Positions 20,415-29,393 of a stretch of DNA of 32,000 bases are shown here, piece by piece; the first letter of the stretch is position 1; the number at the start of each line of letters is the position of its first letter. The DNA comes from Prochlorococcus marinus subsp. pastoris str. CCMP1986. GTDB taxonomy: Bacteria > Cyanobacteriota > Cyanobacteriia > PCC-6307 > Cyanobiaceae. The notes below the pieces were generated by a model. That model had not been told where the DNA came from. It did no database searches and saw nothing but the letters and a program-made list of their open reading frames with translations. The stretch is taken from positions 1,380,001 through 1,412,000 of the forward strand of contig NC_005072.1 of assembly GCF_000011465.1 (NCBI RefSeq), in the 5' to 3' direction. Made by a program: the position numbers and the translations under genes.

Positions 20415-23141
20415 TTAGGAATTATTATCAATTCTTTTCGTTGCTGGATTAATATTATCAGAGACTTTTAACAAATCATTCGATTCAGAAACAGGAAATC
20501 TATTTATAGCTTTTAAGGCTAACTTTGCTTTATTTTTTAGTTTATTACTTACTCCTACGCAATATTGAATTTGTGATAAAACATCCATAGACCTTCTTAA
20601 GATCCTTACAACATCCCCCTCATCTAGAGAAGTATTAAAAATTAGTTCTTTCCATTTTTTACCTCTCGCCCATTCTGAAATTATCCCAGTCAACTCCGTT
20701 TCTAAAAAAATTGGAGTGTTAATATTAAACTTATTTTGTTTCGAGGCTACTAATTTTCTTAGGCTCTCTAACTCATTAAAAACATCTATAACTTTTATGG
20801 AAGGCTTAAAATTACACCAAAGATTGGGTCTTCTTACATCCACACAAATTGCTTGAATGATTGCGGCTAAATCAGGAGGGGCCAAATCATCCAAGTATCC
20901 ACTAAGTAAAACAAGTCCAACCCATAATTCATTTTCACTTCTTATTGCACCAACTGATTGCCCTACTTCGGTAAGCTCTAAATCATTTAAACAGCCAAAA
21001 TGATTCAAAATTTTTATTAAATCAGTAAATTTTATCCAGTTATGATTTTCTTTTTCTTCCATAAGATTATTTTTCATAACTATTTCTTGCTCAATCTCGA
21101 TAATCCTTTTTCTATATCTTTTTAATTTTTTAGAGTCACCAAATTTATGCGCAGGCTGATTAGTAATTGTTTCTTCCAAATTAGTAATTAGTTTCTTTTG
21201 TGCCAAAACTTCAGTTGATAGGTCATATTGAGGAGTTCTTAAATCATATTTTTCAGAAATATCAAAAATTCTATCTACAAAAGTTTGTGATTCATTATCA
21301 CCTCTTACAACTTCTCCTGAGAAATTCATCTTGGGTTCTTCAAGCCTCAAAATTTCAATTTCTTCTAGATCAGGAAAAATATTGACTATGTAAGAAGGTT
21401 TTATAAGGATAAATAAATTATCAATTGTTAAACAAAGCAAACTTTTAATTTTTTTTGATTCATATATTTTTTTACAAATTAAAGCTGGAACAACTTTTCT
21501 ATTTATTTGAGGGGCTTTTATGGAAATTAAACTTCCATCTTTAATAAAGGTAAGTGCACTAGTAATTTCTTCTGATAATTTTTCAGCTGCTTGTTTTTCT
21601 AATATCCTCAACAATCTTCTTTCCTCTTTTAAACGACTTTTCAACTTTTCGTATGAATCGAAATCTTGCCATGAAATATTGGAAGTTATTTTTTTTAGTT
21701 CTTTTAAATCTCTTCCTAAATTATAAAGAATAGCAGTCTCTTCTGAAGATTCCCCTAAATATAAAAAGCTCCCAAAACTTCTTTTTATTAACTCTCGAGA
21801 TTTATCTAAACTATAGTTTTGCAAAAGGTTAAGAACCATTCCATAGCTTGGTGTGAACTGACTAACTAGTGGATTTGGTTCACTAATAGCCAAGGAACTA
21901 GCTTCTTTTGCTCCCTCAAATCTAGTTTGTAAGGTTACAACATATCCCTGTAAATCCTTTCCTCTTCTTCCAGCTCTTCCTGACATCTGCAAGAATTCAC
22001 TACTAAATAATAATCTATGTCCTTCATCAGTCCTTTTTGATAATGTTGAAATTACTGTTGTTCTTGCAGGCATATTAATACCCGCAGCTAAAGTTTCAGT
22101 TGCAAAAACAACTTTTATCAATCCTTGCTGAAATAGTTCCTCTACTAACTCTTTCCATGCTGGAAGCAAACCAGCATGGTGTGAAGCTATACCTCGTTTA
22201 AGAGCTTCACAATGAAATTTATCTTTTATACCCTCTTCATTATTTTTTAGATAAACATCTAATCTTTGAGATATCAAATTTGCTTCTGAATAACTTACTA
22301 AAGATAAATCTTTTATATACTCAACAGCCTTGTCACAACCTCTTCTACTAAAAATAAAATAGATAGCTGGTAACATATTTCTCTCTGCAAGTTTAGAGAC
22401 TACAAAGGCAATCGGAGGCGCCTTTGGTTGCATTATTCTTCCTACTTTACCCTTCTTTTTTTGCCCTTTTGGTGCTCTCCAAATCTTACAATTTGGATGA
22501 ATCCCATTACCCTTATTATTCAAAAGAGGATGAAGTCCCTTGGCACTACAGAAAATAAAATCTAATGGAACTGGTCTTTTATTACTGTTCACAAGTACTG
22601 TAGGACCATGAACTTTTTCTATCCAATTTTGAAGTTGGTCTGCATTTGAGATAGTTGCTGATAAAGCTATTATCTGTGCTCTACTTGGACAATGAATTAT
22701 TGTTTCTTCCCAAACTGTCCCCCTTTGAGGATCGTTCATATAATGACATTCATCAAGAATTACAGATTCCAGATTTACCAATGGGTCATCAAATTCTTCA
22801 AATTCTCCATAGAGCATATTCCTAAAAATCTCAGTAGTCATTACTAAGATTGGAGCATCTCTATTGATACTAATATCTCCAGTTAAGAGACCTACTTTCT
22901 TCTCTCCAAATTGATTAATAAAATCTCTAAACTTTTGATTTGATAAAGCTTTTAAAGGGGTTGTATAAAAAACTCTACTTTCATGGGATAAGCCTCTATA
23001 AATAGCAAATTCACCGATTAATGTTTTACCTGAGCCAGTTGGAGCAGTTAAAACAACAGAATTTCCACTATTAATAGCTTTTATTGCCTCTATTTGAAAT
23101 GGATCTAGTGGGAATGGGAAATATTCCTCTAAATTAAGCAA
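20415..23141 (-). CDS. Ski2/HelY-like superfamily-2 RNA helicase (DECH box)
   Basis: Motif I APTGSGKT, motif II DECH, motif VI QMSGRAGRRG. The long C-terminal extension is consistent with Ski2-like arch/DSHCT regions. The only canonical start is TTG 23141. Confidence 0.9.
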   Translation of the reverse strand: MLNLEEYFPFPLDPFQIEAIKAINSGNSVVLTAPTGSGKTLIGEFAIYRGLSHESRVFYTTPLKALSNQKFRDFINQFGEKKVGLLTGDISINRDAPILVMTTEIFRNMLYGEFEEFDDPLVNLESVILDECHYMNDPQRGTVWEETIIHCPSRAQIIALSATISNADQLQNWIEKVHGPTVLVNSNKRPVPLDFIFCSAKGLHPLLNNKGNGIHPNCKIWRAPKGQKKKGKVGRIMQPKAPPIAFVVSKLAERNMLPAIYFIFSRRGCDKAVEYIKDLSLVSYSEANLISQRLDVYLKNNEEGIKDKFHCEALKRGIASHHAGLLPAWKELVEELFQQGLIKVVFATETLAAGINMPARTTVISTLSKRTDEGHRLLFSSEFLQMSGRAGRRGKDLQGYVVTLQTRFEGAKEASSLAISEPNPLVSQFTPSYGMVLNLLQNYSLDKSRELIKRSFGSFLYLGESSEETAILYNLGRDLKELKKITSNISWQDFDSYEKLKSRLKEERRLLRILEKQAAEKLSEEITSALTFIKDGSLISIKAPQINRKVVPALICKKIYESKKIKSLLCLTIDNLFILIKPSYIVNIFPDLEEIEILRLEEPKMNFSGEVVRGDNESQTFVDRIFDISEKYDLRTPQYDLSTEVLAQKKLITNLEETITNQPAHKFGDSKKLKRYRKRIIEIEQEIVMKNNLMEEKENHNWIKFTDLIKILNHFGCLNDLELTEVGQSVGAIRSENELWVGLVLLSGYLDDLAPPDLAAIIQAICVDVRRPNLWCNFKPSIKVIDVFNELESLRKLVASKQNKFNINTPIFLETELTGIISEWARGKKWKELIFNTSLDEGDVVRILRRSMDVLSQIQYCVGVSNKLKNKAKLALKAINRFPVSESNDLLKVSDNINPATKRIDNNS

Positions 23142-23280
23142 TAATTGTGATTGAAGAGGGGAGGAGTTAACTTCTTAAGATATGATCTATATAGATATTA
23201 ATAAACAATAGCCACCTTGCACACTTTAATAGTAAATCTAGATCATTTTATAAAAAATATTTAGTTAAAATTACTTACAA

Positions 23281-24426
23281 ATGAATAGAGTAAAAATCCC
23301 AAAAAATAGACTTCGTAAATTAAAAACATTCACATTAGGTCAAAAGCCATATGAACTTCAAGGTGTAAATCCAAAGAAAGTTAAAAATAACTTTATTGAC
23401 TTATGTAGTAATGATTATTTTGGATTAAGTAGAGATAATGATGTAATAAAAGCCTCTTATGAAATAAGCTTATCTGAAGGTCTTGGTTCAGGCAGTTCGA
23501 GATTCATAACGGGCTCTAGACCAATACATAAATTATTAGAGACACAACTTGCCGAATGGCTTAATCAGGAAAAAGTGCTTTTATTTCCTAGCGGTTTCCA
23601 AGCTAATATTGCTGCCGTGCAAGGTTTAGCTAACAGAAATAGTATTGTAATTGCAGATAAATTTATTCATAATTCTTTATTAGTTGGAGTAAAAGCTGCC
23701 GGATCAAAACTAGTAAGATTCGAACATAATGATCTAAAAGACTTAGAAAATAAAATTCTTAAATTCAATTCATCGCAAAAGTCCATTCTTATAATTGTTG
23801 AATCCCTTTACAGTATGGAAGGTTCAATTGCTCCTCTCAAAGAAATTGCTGGGATTTGTAAAAAGTATAATGTTGAATTATTAGTCGACGAAGCTCATGC
23901 TATTGGGATTTTAGGGACTGAAGGGAAAGGTTTAAGTTTTGATTTATCTGATGAAATAACTATGCTTACTGGAACCTTTGGCAAATCGTTTGGTAGCGGC
24001 GGGGCTTTCATAGCTTGCAACTCAAAAATTGGTGAACACCTTATTCAAACGAGTGGGGCTTTTAGATATACAACTGCTCTTTCCCCAGCTTTATCTGCAG
24101 GTGCACTTAAATCGCTCCAAAAAATCAAAGCCAATCACGAATGGGGGATTAATTTATTGATCTCTTCTAAAAAATGGAAAAAAGAAATTCTTCGAAATTT
24201 AAGTTACCCAGTTAAGGGAGAATCTCAAATCTTATCTATAATTGTCGGACAAGAAGAAAAGGCAATCCTTCTACAAAAACATCTTGAAAAAAACGGTTTT
24301 TTAGCTATTGCTATTAGACCACCTACTGTTCCTGTGAACGAATCAAGAATAAGGCTAACAATTAGAAGAGATTTAAATTTAGACATACTTGATAATTTTA
24401 TTTCTGTTTTAAAAACCTTCAAATGA
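23281..24426 (+). CDS. bioF: 8-amino-7-oxononanoate synthase
   Basis: Alpha-oxoamine synthase family: DEAHA, PLP-lysine context TGTFGKSFGSGG. It is the first gene of a bio cluster. Confidence 0.9.
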   Translation: MNRVKIPKNRLRKLKTFTLGQKPYELQGVNPKKVKNNFIDLCSNDYFGLSRDNDVIKASYEISLSEGLGSGSSRFITGSRPIHKLLETQLAEWLNQEKVLLFPSGFQANIAAVQGLANRNSIVIADKFIHNSLLVGVKAAGSKLVRFEHNDLKDLENKILKFNSSQKSILIIVESLYSMEGSIAPLKEIAGICKKYNVELLVDEAHAIGILGTEGKGLSFDLSDEITMLTGTFGKSFGSGGAFIACNSKIGEHLIQTSGAFRYTTALSPALSAGALKSLQKIKANHEWGINLLISSKKWKKEILRNLSYPVKGESQILSIIVGQEEKAILLQKHLEKNGFLAIAIRPPTVPVNESRIRLTIRRDLNLDILDNFISVLKTFK

Positions 24427-25139
24427 AACAAGTTATTACTCAGCATGGTTGGGGGTTAGATCAAAGTTTCTGGGATAATTATAAAATTGAATTTCAAAGA
24501 AATGGATGGCATTGGCAAGATAATGAAAGAGGATATTTTTCAAAAAATATCAATCAAGCAAAATGGATAAAAAACAATTTGAACGATCAAATCAAGTTAA
24601 TTTTATGTCACTCTTTAGGTTTCCATTTAATTCAAGAAAATCTTTTAGATGAAGCATCCCATGTTGTCTTTATAAATTCATTTAATAACTTTCTTCCTTC
24701 AAGCAAAAAAAGAAACTTAATTTACAGATCTCTTAAGAGAATGGAAAAAAAAATAATGTTATTTGAAGCAGAGGTTATGTTAAAAGAATTTATGCATAGA
24801 TCTTTTTTGCCCAATAATATGAGCATTATTTTCCAAACTATGTTTTATAAAAACTTAGAGAATTTAAATAATAATCTTCTATTAAGTGACCTTAAAAAAC
24901 TTTATACAGATAGAAATTCTTTAAAGTCTTTTGAGAAAAATTGCAATGTCATCATTATAAATTCTAAAAACGATTTAATTCTTGACCAAGATTCAAGTGA
25001 TGACTTTATTGAATTATTAAAAAAAACATTAACTAAAAAGCCAACTTTAATTGAATTAGATAATCAAGGGCATTGTCTAACTAATTTAAATTTTTACCAA
25101 ATCATCAAAAGAACTCTGGATAATAAATATGAAAAATAA
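24423..25139 (+). CDS. bioK: Alpha/beta-hydrolase in the bio operon, probable pimeloyl-ACP methyl ester esterase of the picocyanobacterial BioK type
   Basis: Nucleophile elbow variant CHSLG (Ser), C-terminal His context DNQGHC, about 240 aa. Its position between bioF and bioC, where a BioH-like activity is needed, supports the call. ATGA overlap with bioF. Confidence 0.6.
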   Translation: MKQVITQHGWGLDQSFWDNYKIEFQRNGWHWQDNERGYFSKNINQAKWIKNNLNDQIKLILCHSLGFHLIQENLLDEASHVVFINSFNNFLPSSKKRNLIYRSLKRMEKKIMLFEAEVMLKEFMHRSFLPNNMSIIFQTMFYKNLENLNNNLLLSDLKKLYTDRNSLKSFEKNCNVIIINSKNDLILDQDSSDDFIELLKKTLTKKPTLIELDNQGHCLTNLNFYQIIKRTLDNKYEK

Positions 25140-25887
25140 AATCTGGAATGAAACAGTTAAAAATAACTTTAATAATGCTTCAGCAAATTATTTAAGTTAT
25201 TCAAATATTCAAAAGCATTTTGCTGATAAGATTGTTTATTTCTTAAAAGATCTAAATATTCAAAAAGGTGAATGGATAGATCTTGGTTCAGGAACTGGGT
25301 TATTAGCTGATGAAATAGAAAAAGAATTTTCTACAAAAAATATTAGCCGAATTGATTTCAGCAAAAAAATGCTTCTTCAAAATAAGGACTCTAGTAAAAA
25401 GATTTTATGGGATTTAAATAATGGTTTACCTCCATCAATTAGAAACTGTCCTCTAATGACATCTAACTTTTGTATACACTGGTTAGACAATCCCGAAAAA
25501 ATAATAAGAGATTGGTTTAACAAATTAAGATCTGGTGGTTATTTAATAATTTCATATCCCACAATAAATTCATTCCCGGAATGGAAGCAAACTTGCTTAG
25601 AAACTAATATTGAATATAGTGGCTTAACTTTCCCTGTTTCAAAAAATATAGTCAAAAGTTTCAACTCTGACGAAATATTCTTCTCAAATAAATACTTATA
25701 TATAGAAAACTTTCCAGATGTTTATAAACTTTTCAGAAGCATAGTAAACGTGGGAGCTCAATCAACCAAGTGTAAACGTAATAAAGTATGTGAATTAAAA
25801 GCAATACAAAAGTTTTGGCCTAAGACGGCAACTAATTCAGTTAATCTTACATGGGAAATTAATATTGAAATATTAAAAAAATCATGA
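25129..25887 (+). CDS. bioC: Malonyl-ACP O-methyltransferase
   Basis: SAM motif I WIDLGSGTGLL. Position in the bio operon. 11-nt overlap with bioK and ATGA overlap with bioD. Confidence 0.75.
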   Translation: MKNKIWNETVKNNFNNASANYLSYSNIQKHFADKIVYFLKDLNIQKGEWIDLGSGTGLLADEIEKEFSTKNISRIDFSKKMLLQNKDSSKKILWDLNNGLPPSIRNCPLMTSNFCIHWLDNPEKIIRDWFNKLRSGGYLIISYPTINSFPEWKQTCLETNIEYSGLTFPVSKNIVKSFNSDEIFFSNKYLYIENFPDVYKLFRSIVNVGAQSTKCKRNKVCELKAIQKFWPKTATNSVNLTWEINIEILKKS

Positions 25888-26546
25888 GCGCTATAAAGAA
25901 TAAATTCCAATTTGTTATTTGTGGGACAGATACTGATATCGGAAAGACATTAATTAGTTCTTTTTTTGTAAGAGGATTAAATTCTTTTTACTGGAAGCCT
26001 ATTCAAAGTGGCATTGAGTCAGAGACTGATAGTCAAGCTGTTGCACGACTTGCAAAAGTGAACAAAGCAAAAATAATCAGTGAAGCTTATATCTTTAGAG
26101 AACCTGTTTCTCCTCATTGGGCGGCAGAAATAGATCAAAAAGTTATAAATTTTCAGCTATTAAATTTACCAAATATCGATGGGTCATTAATTGTAGAAAC
26201 AGCGGGGGGCTTAATGGTCCCAATTACAAGAAATTATTTGCAAATAGATCAAATCAAGAAATGGGATATCCCTGTAATACTTATATGCAAGAGCGGCCTT
26301 GGGACTCTTAATCACACTCTTCTTAGTATTGAGGCATTAAGAAAAAGAAATATTAAAATTCTAGGTCTAGTTATAAACGGAAAAAAACACTTAGATAATC
26401 CAAAAACATTAACTGAATTTAGTAGTCTTCCTATAATTGCGGAATTTCCATATATCCAGAAAATTGACTCTAATAATTTAGATATACTTTGGGAAGAGCT
26501 CAATATTAAAAATAAATTGATCACCTTATTAAATCAAAAAAAATAA
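25884..26546 (+). CDS. bioD: Dethiobiotin synthetase
   Basis: N-terminal GTDTDIGKT P-loop and ETAGGLMVP. 220 aa. Confidence 0.9.
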   Translation: MSAIKNKFQFVICGTDTDIGKTLISSFFVRGLNSFYWKPIQSGIESETDSQAVARLAKVNKAKIISEAYIFREPVSPHWAAEIDQKVINFQLLNLPNIDGSLIVETAGGLMVPITRNYLQIDQIKKWDIPVILICKSGLGTLNHTLLSIEALRKRNIKILGLVINGKKHLDNPKTLTEFSSLPIIAEFPYIQKIDSNNLDILWEELNIKNKLITLLNQKK

Positions 26547-26549
26547 TAA

Positions 26550-27851
26550 ATGAAATCTCCAGTTTTAAAAAATCCTAATCAAGATTGGCATCCTAATATA
26601 TGGCCGCCTTTTACGCAGATTATAAATAGCAAGCCTCAATTAGAAGTTACTCATGGAAAAAATGCTTTAATTTATACTAAAAATCCAAAACAAGAACTCA
26701 TTGATGGAATAAGTAGTTGGTGGGTTACTCTACATGGTCATAGTAACGATTACATAGCAGATGCAATTTATCATCAAGCCAAGACTCTAGAGCAAGTTAT
26801 ATTCGCCGACTTCTTACATCCACAGGCTCAAATATTATCAGAGAGACTCAGTGGCTTAACTAAATTAGAAAGACTATTTTTTTCTGATAATGGATCTACC
26901 GCTGTAGAAGTAGCTTTAAAAATTGCCTATCAATCTTGGCAAAATCAAGGTGAAACAAGAAACCAAATAATTGCTTTTGATGGTGCTTATCATGGTGATA
27001 CATTTGGAGCAATGGCTTTAGGGGAACGAAATATTTTCAATGAGAATTTTGATAATCTAATGTTCCCTGTTAAAAGAGCCCCATGGCCTTCAACTTGGAT
27101 AAATGATGAAGAGGTTGAAAGAAAAGAGAATAACGCGATTCAAATATTAACTAAACTTCTTAAAAAGCCGACTGTAGCAGTCATTCTTGAACCATTAGTA
27201 CAGGGTGCGGGAGGAATGAATATGGTTAGGCCTGAATTTATCAGACGAGTTTCAGAAGTAGTAAAAAATAATAATTCTTTATTAATAGCTGATGAAGTAT
27301 TAACTGGATTTGGGCGATGTGGAAGTCTCTTTGCATTTCAAAAGGCAAATATAATTCCTGATCTAATTTCTATTTCGAAGGGTTTAACAGGAGGATTCCT
27401 ACCTATGGGAATCACATTAGCTAAAGAGACAATTTTCCAATCTTTTATTAGCGATTCTCCTAAAAAAACTTTTTGGCATGGTCATAGCTTCACTGCAAAC
27501 CCTTTAGGGTGTGCTGCAGCTAATGCGAGCCTTGACTTATTAGAAAAAGATCCAATAAAGTATCTTTCTTTTGAGGAAAAGCACCTTTCCCATCTAAAGA
27601 AAATTAAAAAATTACCATTTGTAAAAAACATAAGAGTCACAGGAACTATCGCCGCATTTGATATTGAAATAGGTAAAAATGAAGGTTATCTAAACAATGT
27701 TGGCAAAAGGATAAAAGCATTATCAATTAAAAAAGGTTTATTTATTAGGCCACTTGGTAATGTTATCTATCTATTACCCCCTCTTTGTATTACAGACAGA
27801 CAGTTAGAAAAAAGTTACAGAATTATTTTTGAAATTTTAAGCGATCTTTGA
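26550..27851 (+). CDS. bioA: Adenosylmethionine-8-amino-7-oxononanoate aminotransferase
   Basis: Class III aminotransferase: ADEVLTGFGRCG, PLP-lysine context ISISKGLTGG. 433 aa. Confidence 0.92.
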   Translation: MKSPVLKNPNQDWHPNIWPPFTQIINSKPQLEVTHGKNALIYTKNPKQELIDGISSWWVTLHGHSNDYIADAIYHQAKTLEQVIFADFLHPQAQILSERLSGLTKLERLFFSDNGSTAVEVALKIAYQSWQNQGETRNQIIAFDGAYHGDTFGAMALGERNIFNENFDNLMFPVKRAPWPSTWINDEEVERKENNAIQILTKLLKKPTVAVILEPLVQGAGGMNMVRPEFIRRVSEVVKNNNSLLIADEVLTGFGRCGSLFAFQKANIIPDLISISKGLTGGFLPMGITLAKETIFQSFISDSPKKTFWHGHSFTANPLGCAAANASLDLLEKDPIKYLSFEEKHLSHLKKIKKLPFVKNIRVTGTIAAFDIEIGKNEGYLNNVGKRIKALSIKKGLFIRPLGNVIYLLPPLCITDRQLEKSYRIIFEILSDL

Positions 27852-27860
27852 AAAACAAAA

Positions 27861-28118
27861 TTAAGGCCCCTGTAAAATAGCATTTTCTATATCTTCTCTA
27901 TTAATACAATAAGAAAATAGTCTTTTAGTTAATTTACCTCCACTCTCCCAGACAACACTTAAATCTTCTTGTTCAAAAATAATAGTTGCATTCCAATTAG
28001 AAAGTAACAAATACCATTTAGACGGATTATCAATATCTTTAGTTGCACCTAAATCTTTTAACCATAATTCTAATGATTGAAGTGAATGTTGATTAATTGG
28101 GGTGTCAGATGGGATCAC
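27861..28118 (-). CDS. Small conserved cyanobacterial protein (DUF3143-like)
   Basis: 85 aa. The pattern IPSDTP..H.L.SLE.WLKDLGA......WYLLLSNWNA.I.FE.EDLSV.W matches my recollection of DUF3143. GTG start at 28118, 17 nt downstream of the J-protein stop. Confidence 0.5.
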   Translation of the reverse strand: MIPSDTPINQHSLQSLELWLKDLGATKDIDNPSKWYLLLSNWNATIIFEQEDLSVVWESGGKLTKRLFSYCINREDIENAILQGP

Positions 28119-28135
28119 AGAATTTCTTTAAATTA

Positions 28136-28582
28136 TTATCTCAAAAGCCAAGTTGGAATTGACTGTATTTCTTTGCCAGCAAAAGAAGCGATTAAGATAG
28201 CTAAAAATAAACTTATCAAAATAATAATAATCAACAAAAATAATGAGAACATTTCTCCATTTGAAAATGGTCTCCTATTTCCTACTAACTGCTGATTATT
28301 AGCATCCATTACTAAAGGATTCAAGACATTTAAATTTGTTTTATTTGGTTTTTTAGAATTTACTTGTAATTTTTCATCATAAATTTTCCTCAAATTAGAA
28401 TTATTTAAATTTTCATAGGCCTCTAATACTTTTTGAAATTTATTTTTTGCATCTTCTAATTCTAAGGAAGTTGTATCAGGATGTAATTCTATCGAGAGTT
28501 TACAAAAAGCTTTTCTTAATTCGTTATTTGAGGCATTTTCATTAACGCCTAAAATCTTATAATAAGTTATCTCGCCTTTCAA
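28136..28582 (-). CDS. Membrane-anchored J-domain (DnaJ-like) protein
   Basis: J domain YYKILGVNENASNNELRKAFCKLSIELHPD with the HPD tripeptide. C-terminal TM helix FSLFLLIIIILISLFLAILIASFAG. The start appears to be TTG. Confidence 0.8.
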   Translation of the reverse strand: MKGEITYYKILGVNENASNNELRKAFCKLSIELHPDTTSLELEDAKNKFQKVLEAYENLNNSNLRKIYDEKLQVNSKKPNKTNLNVLNPLVMDANNQQLVGNRRPFSNGEMFSLFLLIIIILISLFLAILIASFAGKEIQSIPTWLLR

Positions 28583-28673
28583 AAAAATTTAATTATCATT
28601 AAAAATATTCTAGTCATTTTTGATAAAATTGAATATTTTTAATTATCAAGAATAAGAAACTACTTGAAACTCA

Positions 28674-29393
28674 ATGACAAAAGAAAGTATCCCTAATGAA
28701 CTTCTCAATTTATTAAATGAAGAGGAAATAATAATGTTTAGAGAATTACAGATAAAAATCCAAGAACTAAATTATAAAACCAACTTAACAAGATTAATTG
28801 AAGGAGATGATTACTGGATATCACAAGTCTATGACAGCCTTTGGACATTTAAAGAAAATACAAATAAAAATTTTGATAATAAAAAATTTATTGATATTGG
28901 ATCAGGTTGTGGTTTCCCAGGATTTGCCTATGCGATAACACATCCTAATTCAGAAATATATCTAGTGGATTCCTCTAAAAAAAAAACAGATTCACTAAAA
29001 GAAATTATCAAAAGTATTAAATTCAAAAACGATATATTTGTAATTAATGATCGTATTGAAAACATTGGCCGTCAATCTTCATTTAAAAATGGCTTTAATA
29101 TTGCGACAGCAAGAGCAGTTAGTAATCCTTCAACAGTTTCTGAATATATATTACCTATGTTGAAATCAAATGGATTAGGTATTTTATATTGTGGGAAGTG
29201 GACCAATGAAGATAATAAAAATTTAGAAAAAACATTAAACGTATTAGAAGGGCAAATTTTAGAAATTAAAAGTAATTTTCTTCCCAGAGAAAAAGGGATG
29301 CGTAATGTTATTTTTATTGAGCCAAAAGCATCTTGCCCTGATATTTATCCTAGAAGTATTGGCAAGGCTGAAAAATATCCACTCAAAGGTTAA
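28674..29393 (+). CDS. rsmG: 16S rRNA (guanine527-N7)-methyltransferase RsmG/GidB
   Basis: GidB-type SAM motif IDIGSGCGFPGFAYAI, then ATARAV. 239 aa. Confidence 0.9.
   Translation: MTKESIPNELLNLLNEEEIIMFRELQIKIQELNYKTNLTRLIEGDDYWISQVYDSLWTFKENTNKNFDNKKFIDIGSGCGFPGFAYAITHPNSEIYLVDSSKKKTDSLKEIIKSIKFKNDIFVINDRIENIGRQSSFKNGFNIATARAVSNPSTVSEYILPMLKSNGLGILYCGKWTNEDNKNLEKTLNVLEGQILEIKSNFLPREKGMRNVIFIEPKASCPDIYPRSIGKAEKYPLKG

Noticed and set aside
28977-28986. Homopolymer tracts inside essential genes (A10 in rsmG at 28977-28986, A9 in nadE at 2941-2949, and similar runs elsewhere) as possible slippage or phase-variation sites.
   Set aside because: They encode in-frame Lys-Lys-Lys/Asn runs in intact ORFs. 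They are a predictable consequence of AT-rich codon usage (AAA Lys), and nothing suggests frameshifted alleles here.
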